Shown here in pieces: positions 27,370 to 40,770 of a stretch of 64,000 nt of DNA. Position 1 is the stretch's first letter. Each line of letters opens with the position of its first letter. The DNA comes from Candidatus Latescibacterota bacterium (GTDB lineage: Bacteria; Latescibacterota; UBA2968; UBA8231): the NCBI GenBank assembly GCA_965242865.1, contig CBDETK010000013.1:4832001-4896000 (forward strand), given 5' to 3'. A program made the translations under genes and the position numbers. The notes beneath the pieces were generated by a model, which was not told where the DNA came from, did no database searches, and saw nothing but the letters and a program-made list of their open reading frames with translations.

Positions 27370-30258
27370 ATGTCCCTCCGGTACGCACTCGTCTTTCTCG
27401 CCTTGGCCGAGGCCCTGCCTGCGGAATACAACCTGCTGCACGGCCCCGACCCCCAAGACCCCATGCAGGCCCACATCTACCAACTCGACAACGGCCTGAC
27501 GATTTACTTGACCTCAAACAAAGAGGAGCCGCGCTTTTACGCGGAAATCGCCGTGCGCGCCGGTTCCAAGCACGACCCCCAAGACGCCACCGGCATTGCC
27601 CATTATCTGGAGCACATGCTGTTCAAGGGCAGCCAAAAAATCGGCACCCTCGACTACGAACAGGAGAAGGTTCACCTCGACCGGATCGAGGTGCTCTACG
27701 AGCAGCACTTTGGCGAGACCGACCCAGAAAAAAGGGCCGCGATCTACGCGCAGATCAACGCCGAGAACCAACGGGCCGCGGCCTACGCCATCCCCAATGA
27801 ACTCGATCGCCTCTACACCGCAATGGGCGAGCGCGGGCTCAACGCCCACACTTGGGTCGAGGAAACCGTCTATAAGGTGGAACTGCCCGCCAATCGCCTC
27901 GCGCACTGGGCCAAGACCGAGGCCGAGCGCTTTCACAAGCCCGTGTTCCGCCTCTTCCAAACCGAGTTAGAAACCGTCTATGAAGAGAAAAACCGCGCCC
28001 TCGACAACAAGGGCCGCGTCATCCGCCAAGCCGTGCAGGAGCAGCTCTACAAAGTCCATCCCTATCGCGTCACCACGCTGGGCACGGTAGAACACCTGAA
28101 AAACCCCTCGCTAAAGCGCATGTACGAATTCTACCACGCGTACTACGTGCCCAACAACATGGCGATCTTCATCTCCGGCGACATCGACCTCGACGCGACC
28201 ATCCAGCTCCTCGATCGCGAATTTTCCCTTTGGCAGCGCAGCGAGCTGCCGCCATTTCCCGCGTACCAAGAGCCGCCCCTCAGCGAAGTGGAGCGAGTCG
28301 AGGTCCAGTACCCCGGCGAGGAATACGTGCTGTTGGCCTTTCGCACGGCCGCGCGCACGCACGAGGACGCCGAGGCCCTGCAAATCCTCGATATGATCCT
28401 CGACAACGCCACGGCCGGGCTGATCAACCTCAATCTCAATCAGCAGCAGAAGGTGCGCGAAGCCGGCTCCTATCCCTATCTACTCAACGACTACGGCGCC
28501 CAGTACTTGTGGGGCATCCCCAAGCAGGGCCAGACCCTCGAGGAAGTCGAAGCCCTGCTCTTGGAGCAAATCGACCGGATCAAGGCGGGGCAATTCGAGG
28601 ACTGGATCATCCCGGCCATTGTCACTGATTTCAAAAAGAGCGTAAAGCAAGGGCAGGAAAGCAACGGCTCCCGGGTCGGCTTTATGCGCGATTCATTCCT
28701 CGGGTTTGAGGAATGGAGCCACGCGGTGCGCGCCCTCGACCGCATGGCCGCCATCGAGAAGCAAGACATTGTCGCCGTCGCCAATACCTATTTCAACGGA
28801 GGGTATGTCGCCGGCTACCGCCGCGATGGCGAGCAAGACATACCCGAGATTGACAAGCCGCCCCTTGACAAAATCGACATCGACGCCTCGCGTCAATCGG
28901 CCTTTTTTGCCGAGGTCATGGCCATGCCCTTTGCGGAGATTGAGCCGATCTATCTCGTGCCCGAGCGCGACTTTACCACCCGCGAGTTGGCGGGCGGCAA
29001 CCCGCTCTACTACGCCCGCAACCCGCTCAACGACCTGTTCAACTTTTCCATTGCGATCGACCTCGGCTCCCTAACCGAAAATCGCTTACCCATAGCCCGC
29101 GAGCTGCTCGACAAGTCCGGGACGGCGCGCTTTACGGCCGAAGCCCTGAAAAAGGAGTGGTACAAGTTGGGCACCGACTTTAGGATGAGCGTCGGCCACC
29201 AAGAGACCACGATTTCCATTTCGGGCCTCGACGACCACTTTGCCGCGTCGCTGGCCTTGTTGTCCGAGCTGATGCGCGGCCCGACCACGGACGACGCCAC
29301 GCTCGCCGAGCTTCAGGCCATCCTCATCGCTCGCCGCGACGACGCGCTCAAGGACCACCGCACCATCCACGAAGCCCTCTACCGCTACCACCGCTTAGGC
29401 GATCTGGCGTACTACCGCCGGGTGTTGTCCAACGAGGAAGTCCGGGCTTTGGGGCGTCAAGAGCTCATCGACCTACTCAGCGGCTTGCTCTCCTATCGCC
29501 AGACCCTCAGCTACACGGGGTCGAAAACCATCGAGGAAGTGCAAGCCATCCTCGCCCAGCACTATTCATTGCCCACCGCGCCGGTCGAGCCGCCGCCCTA
29601 TCGGGTCCTAGCGTTTACCCAGCCCGAAAAAACCCAGATTTACTTTTTTGACAAGGAAATGGCCCAAGCCCTCGTGCGGATCGAGTACGTGGACGTGCCC
29701 TACCAAGCAGCGCTCGAGCCCGCCGTTGAGCTGTTCAACGACTACTTCTACGGCGGCATGGCCGGCATTGTGTTCCAAGAAATTCGCGAAGCGCGTGCCC
29801 TCGCCTACTCGGTGGGTGCGCTCTACTTCAACGGCCACGACCGAGCCGATTACAACTACATGGTCGGCGGCATGGGCACGCAAGCCGACAAGACGCCCGA
29901 AGCGGTTGCGGCCTTCGTCGGCTTGCTCGACGACATACCCGCTTCGCCCGAGCGCTTTGCCGCGGCCCAGCTTTCCGTGCTCAACAAGTACCGCACGGAA
30001 CGGCTCGGGTTCCGCTCGGTGCTGGGGGCTGTGCGCGGCTGGGAGCGCAAGGGGCTGGCCGGCGACCCGCGCGCCGGGCGCTTTGAGCAGATCCAAGCGA
30101 GCAACCTCGACGAGGTGCTCAAATTCTACCGCCAGCACGTCCAAGGCCGCCCCAAGCTGATTTCGATCACGGGCGACAAGCGCAAAATGGACTTAGAGGC
30201 CCTAGCCGCACAGGGCGAGATCATCGAGTTGGGCTTGGAGGACCTGTTCGCCTTCTGA
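27370..30258 (+). CDS. M16 (insulinase-family) zinc peptidase, exported
   Basis: Signal-like N-terminus and inverted zinc motif HYLEH. About 960 aa. Confidence 0.92.
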   Translation: MSLRYALVFLALAEALPAEYNLLHGPDPQDPMQAHIYQLDNGLTIYLTSNKEEPRFYAEIAVRAGSKHDPQDATGIAHYLEHMLFKGSQKIGTLDYEQEKVHLDRIEVLYEQHFGETDPEKRAAIYAQINAENQRAAAYAIPNELDRLYTAMGERGLNAHTWVEETVYKVELPANRLAHWAKTEAERFHKPVFRLFQTELETVYEEKNRALDNKGRVIRQAVQEQLYKVHPYRVTTLGTVEHLKNPSLKRMYEFYHAYYVPNNMAIFISGDIDLDATIQLLDREFSLWQRSELPPFPAYQEPPLSEVERVEVQYPGEEYVLLAFRTAARTHEDAEALQILDMILDNATAGLINLNLNQQQKVREAGSYPYLLNDYGAQYLWGIPKQGQTLEEVEALLLEQIDRIKAGQFEDWIIPAIVTDFKKSVKQGQESNGSRVGFMRDSFLGFEEWSHAVRALDRMAAIEKQDIVAVANTYFNGGYVAGYRRDGEQDIPEIDKPPLDKIDIDASRQSAFFAEVMAMPFAEIEPIYLVPERDFTTRELAGGNPLYYARNPLNDLFNFSIAIDLGSLTENRLPIARELLDKSGTARFTAEALKKEWYKLGTDFRMSVGHQETTISISGLDDHFAASLALLSELMRGPTTDDATLAELQAILIARRDDALKDHRTIHEALYRYHRLGDLAYYRRVLSNEEVRALGRQELIDLLSGLLSYRQTLSYTGSKTIEEVQAILAQHYSLPTAPVEPPPYRVLAFTQPEKTQIYFFDKEMAQALVRIEYVDVPYQAALEPAVELFNDYFYGGMAGIVFQEIREARALAYSVGALYFNGHDRADYNYMVGGMGTQADKTPEAVAAFVGLLDDIPASPERFAAAQLSVLNKYRTERLGFRSVLGAVRGWERKGLAGDPRAGRFEQIQASNLDEVLKFYRQHVQGRPKLISITGDKRKMDLEALAAQGEIIELGLEDLFAF

Positions 30259-30264
30259 GTCCTA

Positions 30265-30293
30265 TTGACAAAGCTCGCCCCGCCGCCTAGCTT
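30265..30293 (+). promoter_or_regulatory. Sigma70 promoter of tRNA-Met
   Basis: TTGACA-N17-TAGCTT, 15 nt upstream of the tRNA. Confidence 0.7.
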
Positions 30294-30308
30294 GTACAGC
30301 GCGTTTTT

Positions 30309-30385
30309 GGCGGCGTAGCTCAGTTGGTTAGAGCAGTGGAATCATAATCCATGGGTCGGGGGTTCGAGTCCCTTCGCCGCTACCA
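30309..30385 (+). tRNA. tRNA-Met(CAT), probably elongator
   Basis: GGCGGCGTAGCTCAGTTGGTTAGAGCA GTGGA-ATCATAA-TCCAT ... GTTCGAGTC ... ACCA. Lacks the initiator 3GC anticodon stem. Ile2 is not fully excluded. Confidence 0.92.
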
Positions 30386-30389
30386 TTTC

Positions 30390-30437
30390 CACAGCAAAAG
30401 GCACTTGCGATCGCGATCGCAAGTGCCTTTTGCTGTG
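30390..30437. terminator. Bidirectional terminator-like perfect 48-bp palindrome
   Basis: CACAGCAAAAGGCACTTGCGATCG|CGATCGCAAGTGCCTTTTGCTGTG between convergent genes. Confidence 0.7.
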
Positions 30438-30457
30438 CCGGGCCTCCAGTGGCTGTC

Positions 30458-33358
30458 TCAAAACTCCGCGAGAACCGCCACCACCTCAAGGCGCGCATTC
30501 CCGTCGTCAAAACGGTAGGCGTAGCGCATGCCCATATCGAGGGGGATCGGCAGCGAAAAAAGGTGGAAATTCATCGTCAACTCGGCCCCGGCCGCTTGGT
30601 AGATTGCCGGGGGCTGGGCGTCGTCCTCGCCGCGCCCGTAGTCGTAAAAGAGGTTGGCCTTGACGCGCTTGAGATAAAACAAGGCCCCCAAGTTCCAGTC
30701 CGGGTAAAACAGCGGCAGCCCATAGTTGACCGCCCCTTGGTAGAAGCGGCCATGGAACTCGTAGCCGTAGCCGCGGACAAAGGGCTGTTCGCTGGCAAAG
30801 CGGTAGGGCTGGGCTTCAGCCGGGTCCTGCCACTCGGAGGCACCCACCAAGCGCACGCTGTGGTGGACCGCCAGCCCGGGGACGAGCAACTCCAAGCGCC
30901 CCGACAGCAAGGCACCGTCGTAATCGCCCGCCAAGGGCGTGTGGCGGTAGGTCAGTTGCAGGCTCTGGCCCCACGCCGGCGCCAGATCGCGCACGGCCGA
31001 CGGCCGCCACCGCTGAAAGGTTAGCTGGTACGTCAGCGGCGCAAAGCGGCCGTTGTGGTTTTTTGTAAACACATCTTTTACGGCTTGGTTCGCGCTGCTC
31101 GAATCGGGCCAGTAGAGGTCGTCCGCGGGCCGGTTGAGCTCGTTCCTACCGGCGATATCGGTCCATTCGGCCTTCGCGCTCAAATGGGCAGCAGCCCGAT
31201 AGGGGCCGCGCGAAAAATCCAACGGCAGTTCGACGCCGCCGCGCAGGCTTTTTTCCGTCCACTGGTCCGTTCTTTCTCGTTCTTGGACCGCGAGGCGACC
31301 GTCTTTGGCTGCTCTCGTTTTGACCGCGTAGTCTTCGGCCCGCTCGCCCCAGCGCCCGCCCACGCTGAAGACGGGATACCACGCCGCCACGCTGAAATCG
31401 CCTAACACACTGAAGGCGCGCTCGTTGCTGTTGTATTCGACCCCGCCGCGCAGGCTGCTGAGCTCGAGCAAGTCGCTGGACAGGAGACTGAGGCCATAGC
31501 GCGGCGCAACGGGCGAGAGCGACCAGCTATGGACCTTGAGCAGATGCGGTCGATAGCGGCTCACCGGGTAAGCCCGCTGCGGAATGTCCGCCAATACGGG
31601 GCCGCCCTGCTCTTGGTCGATCAGGGGTTCGTAGTAGCGCACTGGGCGGTCGGCAACCTGCTCGACCGGGGTCCAAGTCGCCGGGTCCAAAGCCATGACC
31701 GCGATGCGGTAGCCATCCACGGTGTATTCCTCGAACCACAGCGAATCGCCGGCCACGGCCGCGTGAGCAGCCGCCAGCGGCCGAGCGGTCACCGCGTAGC
31801 GGGCCGCGCTGGGCAGGTGAACGGCGTGGATGTTGTCGATGCCGGCATGCGGCGCGTCGAACAGCAGGTACGAACCCCAGAAGACCGGCCAGCCAATATC
31901 GGCGTGGGTGGGCGGCAACACGATTTCCCCACTGCCATCGGCCGCGGCAATGCGTTCGAGCGCGTTGCCGCGGCCGTCCTGCCGCACCACAGCGATGTGA
32001 CGCCCATCCGCAGACCACGCCGGCGTGCGCCAAAACACCCCGTCGGGAGCCGAGAACCGGGCCTGCTCCGCGCCGCTGGCGGTTTCCAACACCACCAAGT
32101 GGCAGCGCCGGGCCGGGCCGAATTCGATTGCGGCGACGCGCTCGCCAGCGGGGGAAAGAGCGGGGGCGAACAACTTGGCTTTGTGGGTGAGCTGGCGCGT
32201 CTGGCCGCTGGCGATATCCAACACCATCACGTCGGAATAGTTGCGGTAGGCCCAGCGCGGGTCCGGGGTGGAGCGGTTCCAGACCACTTTGCCGCCGGCC
32301 GAGCGGATGCCGCCGAGGGACTGGTAAAAACGCACGCGCTCTTCGCGGCCGTCGGGGTGGAGCCGCACCAGCGTCGGCGGGTCGGCCAAGCCGTGCTTAC
32401 TCGCCAGTACGCTGCCATCGGCCAGCGGATGCGGATATTGGTAGTTGGTCCAGATGCCCGACTCGCTCTGCCCGGCGAGCACCCGCACCGGCGTCGTGGA
32501 CAGGTCTTTTTGCTGCGCCCGCCACAGTCCGGCCAACTCATCCATGGTCCGCTCGTACGTCTGGGCGGCACTGGCACCGGTGTATTTCTTGAGTGCCCGG
32601 CTGAAGGCAAAAGGGTGGAAGCCCCAGCGAGCGGTGCGGCCCAGCACCTCGTCCCACAGCTCCGGCCCGTAGCGGCGCTTGACGTACGTCGTCATGAAAT
32701 ACCCTAGCTGGTAGTGGCTGGGATACCAGTCTCGGTATGAGCGGTGGTAGGCTTTGTAGTAGGAATAGCGCCGGCCCGCCAGCAGCAGGGCGCGGATGTC
32801 CAGCTCGAACCGGGGCATGCGCCCGCGCCCGGCCTCGCTCAGGGCGGTCTCAATCCCCACCGCATCCCCCTCCCAAAACCAGCGCGGCACCAACAGAGCG
32901 CTCAGCACGGTTTCGCCCGCTTCGCCGGACAGCACGGACGCCAAGCGGACAAAGCCCCGGCGCATGCGGTCGAACTGCACCACGTGGCGCATCTCGTGGA
33001 TCGCCAGCATTTGGTACCACTCGCCGGCGATCAGCCCCGCGTTCTGGAACGGGGTGCTGTACCACACGGTGCGGCGCGGCGCCAAGGCGACAAAGCCGTT
33101 GGTCTCGGTCGTTTGGTTGAGCAGCACCACATCGAGCGGCTTTTGCGGCCCCCGCAGCGTTTTGGAGACCGGAGCGTAGATGTGTTCGAGCGTGTTGGCC
33201 ACCCGCTGGGCGTCGGTGGCGATTTCGGCAGGGAAAACGACCGTGAATCGCTCCGTTTGGATCTGCCGCCAGTCTAGGCCGGGCGGGTTTTGCGCGACGG
33301 CCGGGCCGGCGATTAGCACGACCAGCGCGACCGCTTTTAGCATCTTGGCCGAGTACAC
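30458..33358 (-). CDS. Outer-membrane protein: zincin-like domain, TolB-like propeller and Omp85-like barrel
   Basis: Signal peptide, HEMRH and WFWEGDA, PALSP/PAWSADG repeats, VRGY motif, terminal Phe. Confidence 0.75.
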   Translation of the reverse strand: MYSAKMLKAVALVVLIAGPAVAQNPPGLDWRQIQTERFTVVFPAEIATDAQRVANTLEHIYAPVSKTLRGPQKPLDVVLLNQTTETNGFVALAPRRTVWYSTPFQNAGLIAGEWYQMLAIHEMRHVVQFDRMRRGFVRLASVLSGEAGETVLSALLVPRWFWEGDAVGIETALSEAGRGRMPRFELDIRALLLAGRRYSYYKAYHRSYRDWYPSHYQLGYFMTTYVKRRYGPELWDEVLGRTARWGFHPFAFSRALKKYTGASAAQTYERTMDELAGLWRAQQKDLSTTPVRVLAGQSESGIWTNYQYPHPLADGSVLASKHGLADPPTLVRLHPDGREERVRFYQSLGGIRSAGGKVVWNRSTPDPRWAYRNYSDVMVLDIASGQTRQLTHKAKLFAPALSPAGERVAAIEFGPARRCHLVVLETASGAEQARFSAPDGVFWRTPAWSADGRHIAVVRQDGRGNALERIAAADGSGEIVLPPTHADIGWPVFWGSYLLFDAPHAGIDNIHAVHLPSAARYAVTARPLAAAHAAVAGDSLWFEEYTVDGYRIAVMALDPATWTPVEQVADRPVRYYEPLIDQEQGGPVLADIPQRAYPVSRYRPHLLKVHSWSLSPVAPRYGLSLLSSDLLELSSLRGGVEYNSNERAFSVLGDFSVAAWYPVFSVGGRWGERAEDYAVKTRAAKDGRLAVQERERTDQWTEKSLRGGVELPLDFSRGPYRAAAHLSAKAEWTDIAGRNELNRPADDLYWPDSSSANQAVKDVFTKNHNGRFAPLTYQLTFQRWRPSAVRDLAPAWGQSLQLTYRHTPLAGDYDGALLSGRLELLVPGLAVHHSVRLVGASEWQDPAEAQPYRFASEQPFVRGYGYEFHGRFYQGAVNYGLPLFYPDWNLGALFYLKRVKANLFYDYGRGEDDAQPPAIYQAAGAELTMNFHLFSLPIPLDMGMRYAYRFDDGNARLEVVAVLAEF

Positions 33359-33492
33359 GACAGTACTCCTAAATTATGGTGGAGACGCTAGGATTGATTG
33401 TATGGGGAAAGCAAGTTTTTATTGCGGAGAACGTTCTAGTTCTTGCAGGTGCAACCGCAGGTGCTTTTTGCGTTGCAGGTACTCCTGCAAAA

Positions 33493-33894
33493 CTAACTGC
33501 CGATGCGAATGCGGTTGACCGCCCGCGCGAGCGCCGCCTGCGCCCGCGCAACATCGACCTGCTCCTCCTGCACCCGTGCCAACCGTTCCTCAGCGCGACG
33601 CCGCGAAGCCTCGGCCCGCTCAACGTCGATTTCCTCGAGGTGCTCGGCCGCCTCGGCTAGCACCGCAACCTGCGTGCGTCCGACCTCGACAAACCCGCCG
33701 CTGATGGCCATTTGGACCGCGCTGCCATCCTCTTCGACAAAGCGCAACCGCCCGATTTGCAACGCGGTCAAAAGCGGTATGTGCCCGGCGAGGACGCCAA
33801 AGCTCCCTTCGCTACCGGGTGCTTGCAGGCTGGAAACCTGCCCCGCGTAGGCCACCCGCTCGGGCGTGACGACCTCTAAGGCAAACGCGGGCAT
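33493..33894 (-). CDS. atpC: ATP synthase epsilon subunit
   Basis: LEVVTPE, GSFGVLAGHIP and ISGGFVEV. Confidence 0.96.
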   Translation of the reverse strand: MPAFALEVVTPERVAYAGQVSSLQAPGSEGSFGVLAGHIPLLTALQIGRLRFVEEDGSAVQMAISGGFVEVGRTQVAVLAEAAEHLEEIDVERAEASRRRAEERLARVQEEQVDVARAQAALARAVNRIRIGS

Positions 33895-33897
33895 GGC

Positions 33898-36175
<2,278 letters not shown>

Positions 36176-36183
36176 AGCCCGGC

Positions 36184-37710
<1,527 letters not shown>

Positions 37711-37725
37711 AGATCCTCCTGCTGA

Positions 37726-38262
37726 CTAACCGGCTAGACGCGCTTGCAGGTGCGCTAGATAGGTGTTCACGCTGCCGTCGAATACGGTGTCGCCGAGGCG
37801 GACGACTGCGCCGCCCCGCAGGCTGGTATCGACTTGGACATTCAAGCGCACTTTTTGGCCGCTGTGGCGTTCTAAACGCGCTTGTAGGAGCTGGCACTGC
37901 TCGGCGCTCAACGCCACGGCCGAGCGCACCTCAGCGCCGATGATGCCCTCGCGCTCGGCGACTTGGTCGAGAAAACTTCCGAGGGCCGCGCCGATGATGG
38001 AAGCGCGGCCCCTAACCGCCATGAGCCGGAGGAAGTTCAAGGTCAGCCCCTCAATTTTGCCGCCAAAGAGCTGCCGCAGGGCCTCGGCTTGCGCCTGACT
38101 GCCCACCAGCGGGTTGGCCAAAAACTCGCTCAGCTCGTCGGATTGGCCTACGGTCGCCAAAAGCCGCTCGACATCGCGCTGCACGGCCGCGGTGACGCCC
38201 GTTTCAGCGGCGGTCTCCAACAGCGTAGCCCCATAGCGTCGCACTACTTCGGGGGCGTTCAT
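37726..38262 (-). CDS. atpH: ATP synthase delta subunit
   Basis: RRYGATL, VDTSLRGG and VFDGS, plus operon position. Confidence 0.93.
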   Translation of the reverse strand: MNAPEVVRRYGATLLETAAETGVTAAVQRDVERLLATVGQSDELSEFLANPLVGSQAQAEALRQLFGGKIEGLTLNFLRLMAVRGRASIIGAALGSFLDQVAEREGIIGAEVRSAVALSAEQCQLLQARLERHSGQKVRLNVQVDTSLRGGAVVRLGDTVFDGSVNTYLAHLQARLAG

Positions 38263-38284
38263 TGGCCTGCTCGCACCATGGCGT

Positions 38285-38776
38285 TCAATTGGATTCGGGA
38301 ATTTTGGCGATCAAGTCGTCCACGAGGGCGCGGTTTTTCTCATCGTCCAAATTGGCGTCGATCAGTACGCCAGCGGCTTGGACCGCGAGCTGGGCTGTCT
38401 CGCGGCGCAGCTCGGCGATGGCGGCGCGCTGCTCGCTTTCGATGCTGGTCCGCGCTTGCTCGATCATCCGCTCGGCCTCTTCCCGCGCTTGGGAGACGAT
38501 CCGCTGCCGCACGTTTGCCCCAGCCGTGCGGGCCTCGGCGACGATTCGCCGCGCCTCTTCATCGGCCGCGGCGAGCTTCTGCTGGTGCTTGTGCAAGACC
38601 TCTTCGGCCTCTTGGCGCGCCTGATCGGCCTCGGCCAGCGCGTTGCTGATGCGTTGCTCGCGCTCGTCGAGCGCAGCCAAAAGCTGGGGCCAAGCGAACT
38701 TTCTGAGGACGAGGAGCACCACTAAAAAGGTGATGATCGTCCAAATTATGGTCCCTACATGGGGATCGAGTAGCAT
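38285..38776 (-). CDS. atpF: ATP synthase subunit b
   Basis: N-terminal TM helix, KFAWP..LDERE..I, coiled coil. Confidence 0.95.
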   Translation of the reverse strand: MLLDPHVGTIIWTIITFLVVLLVLRKFAWPQLLAALDEREQRISNALAEADQARQEAEEVLHKHQQKLAAADEEARRIVAEARTAGANVRQRIVSQAREEAERMIEQARTSIESEQRAAIAELRRETAQLAVQAAGVLIDANLDDEKNRALVDDLIAKIPESN

Positions 38777-38786
38777 AAGGGTACTG

Positions 38787-39014
38787 CTACTTGGTCAGCA
38801 CGATCAGCAGGCAAAACACCTCGCCGATCAGGGCCACGCCCTCAATCAGGGCGGCGGTCAAGATCATATTGGTGCGGATATCGCCTACGGCTTCGGGTTG
38901 ACGGGCGATGCTCTCCATCGCCGCACCGGCCAAGCGGCCGATGCCCAACGCCGCGCCAATCGCGCAAAGCCCCATGCCAATTGCGGCACCCATATACGCC
39001 AACTGCATTTCCAT
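38787..39014 (-). CDS. atpE: ATP synthase subunit c
   Basis: Gly/Ala-rich helix, RQPE loop and LIEG. Confidence 0.96.
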   Translation of the reverse strand: MEMQLAYMGAAIGMGLCAIGAALGIGRLAGAAMESIARQPEAVGDIRTNMILTAALIEGVALIGEVFCLLIVLTK

Positions 39015-39050
39015 ACCAAATACTCCCTCTTGTGAACAGTGTGAACCCCG

Positions 39051-39881
39051 CTAGTGGTCCGGGTGAGCGGCCATACTGATAAAGACCGTTGATAACAGGG
39101 TAAAGACAAAGGCTTGCACAAATCCCACGAAAATTTCGAGTAGGTAAATCGCCACGGCAAAGGGCACGGACCCAAGGGCGATCCACTCGCTTTGCAAAAT
39201 GGCGATCAAACCCAAGAAAACCAAAATCGCCACGTGGCCGCCGGTCATATTGGCGAAGAGGCGCACGCAAAGGGCGAAGGGCTTGACGAATAAACCGATC
39301 AATTCTACGGGAATTAAAATGATCAAAAGCACCGGCGGGACGCCGGAGGGGACTAAGCTCTTGCAGTAGCCGAGCAAGCCATTGTTGGCAATGCCGGTTC
39401 CTAGCATAAAAAAAAAGGAACACAAGGCTAGGCCCGCGGTGACGTTAACATTGCTCGTGGCCGTAGCGCTGTAGGGAACCAGCCCCAGCAAGTTGCAAAA
39501 TAGGATGAAAAAGAAGATCGTCAGCAAAAAAGGCAGGTACTTTTTGCCGCCCTCGCCCATCATGGGCAATACGACCTCGTCGCGGAGGAAGACGACGATG
39601 GCTTCAAAGAAATTGGCCAAGCCCGAAGGCACGGCCCGCGGCTTGCGAAAGGCCCTGAGCATGAGCGCGATGAGCAGAATGCTCGCCACCCACATAATCA
39701 CTACGTGCCGGGTGATGGAGAGGTCAATGCCGAAAAGCTCTAGCGAAGGAAGATCAACTTTGCCGGCGAGCAGGTGATGCCGATCGACAAAGGGCAATTC
39801 GAGATAGCGACTATCTACAATGTGCCCTATGATGTCCACTTGCCCATTTGCGGCATCTGCCGCCTGCGTATCGCCAGCCAT
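39051..39881 (-). CDS. atpB: ATP synthase subunit a
   Basis: NLLGLVP, VRLFANMTGGH and QAFVFTLL. Confidence 0.96.
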   Translation of the reverse strand: MAGDTQAADAANGQVDIIGHIVDSRYLELPFVDRHHLLAGKVDLPSLELFGIDLSITRHVVIMWVASILLIALMLRAFRKPRAVPSGLANFFEAIVVFLRDEVVLPMMGEGGKKYLPFLLTIFFFILFCNLLGLVPYSATATSNVNVTAGLALCSFFFMLGTGIANNGLLGYCKSLVPSGVPPVLLIILIPVELIGLFVKPFALCVRLFANMTGGHVAILVFLGLIAILQSEWIALGSVPFAVAIYLLEIFVGFVQAFVFTLLSTVFISMAAHPDH

Positions 39882-39969
39882 TTACTGCCTTGTGAAATGT
39901 CTCAATAGGAGGGAAACTGTAACTGTAGCAACAACCAACCGAACAAATTAATTCGGCCGCAAATTTCTG

Positions 39970-40278
39970 TCAACACTTCGCGGCCTTGTAACGCTCTGCG
40001 CGACCTTGCAACTTGAGTACGTAAAGGATTTCAAAAACGAGTAAAAGCAAGTACGCGGCCACCAAGGCGATGAAGTAGCTCACCGCGTGGACTCCGAGCC
40101 ATTTGAGCGCGAGTGCCGAGAGGCCGGCCACCGCGATCAACCGGGCGATCATCCCGCCGAAGAAGGCGATCATAAAGACCTGCATCCCCTTGTTCCACCC
40201 CCAGTGAATCGCCGCCAGCGCGAGCGCGCCGTTGAACCCGGCAACCACCAAGCCAGCGACGATGCTGTCCCACCTCAC
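39970..40278 (-). CDS. AtpI-like membrane protein
   Basis: Hydrophobic multi-TM protein directly upstream of atpB. Confidence 0.65.
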   Translation of the reverse strand: MRWDSIVAGLVVAGFNGALALAAIHWGWNKGMQVFMIAFFGGMIARLIAVAGLSALALKWLGVHAVSYFIALVAAYLLLLVFEILYVLKLQGRAERYKAAKC

Positions 40279-40517
40279 CGCCCATCCTCCCGCTTGCGCC
40301 GCTCATCTAAGGCCATCAGGGTCCGATAGAGCTTGTAAAACCCACCAACCGCGCCACACAGGGTGCCCAACAAGAGAAAGAGCGGCGTCGTTGCAAACGC
40401 GGCGTCGAGCCACCAGCCAATGGCCACAAAGATCAGGATCGTCGCCGCAAATTGGATTCCCAGACTGGCGTACGGGCCGATAGCCGCGTACGCCCCGGTC
40501 TTTTTTTTAGCGACCAT
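40275..40517 (-). CDS. AtpZ/gene-1 family protein
   Basis: LGIQFA...IGWWLD...TTPLFLLLG. Probable start MVAKKK. Confidence 0.8.
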   Translation of the reverse strand: MVAKKKTGAYAAIGPYASLGIQFAATILIFVAIGWWLDAAFATTPLFLLLGTLCGAVGGFYKLYRTLMALDERRKREDGR

Positions 40518-40534
40518 ATTCTCTGTGCAAACGC

Positions 40535-40738
40535 TCAGCTCGTCTCCGCTTCGGCCTGCCCGCACGAACCGGGGGCCTGCCCGCACTCGCAGAGGGGCTG
40601 CCCCAGTGCATCGCGCATGGTGTCCAGCCCGCCGCACGAGCCTTGGAGGCGGCGATTGCTAAAGATCACGCCGACGGCCATGGCGGCCATGACCAAGCCA
40701 AAAGCGGCAAAAGCGGCAATAAGCGTACTCATAGTCAT
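40535..40738 (-). CDS. nqrM: Na+-NQR maturation factor NqrM (DUF539)
   Basis: AMAVGVIF...LQGSCGGL...CECG...SC, directly after nqrF. Confidence 0.82.
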   Translation of the reverse strand: MTMSTLIAAFAAFGLVMAAMAVGVIFSNRRLQGSCGGLDTMRDALGQPLCECGQAPGSCGQAEAETS

Positions 40739-40770
40739 CCTGCCTTTCTCTTCGCACCTGAAGCCCCGAC

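Noticed and set aside
22931-30385. tRNA genes as prophage or island integration sites
   Set aside because: No integrase and no duplicated tRNA 3' ends were seen, and the flanks are housekeeping genes.
30407-30420. Overlapping GCGATCGC (HIP1) octamers
   Set aside because: They are part of the palindrome, and HIP1 is not evidently over-represented elsewhere in the window.
33425-33492. Three GCAGGT repeats and small hairpins after atpC
   Set aside because: Short and irregular. Plausibly a terminator or stabilising structure, with no support for an ncRNA or array.
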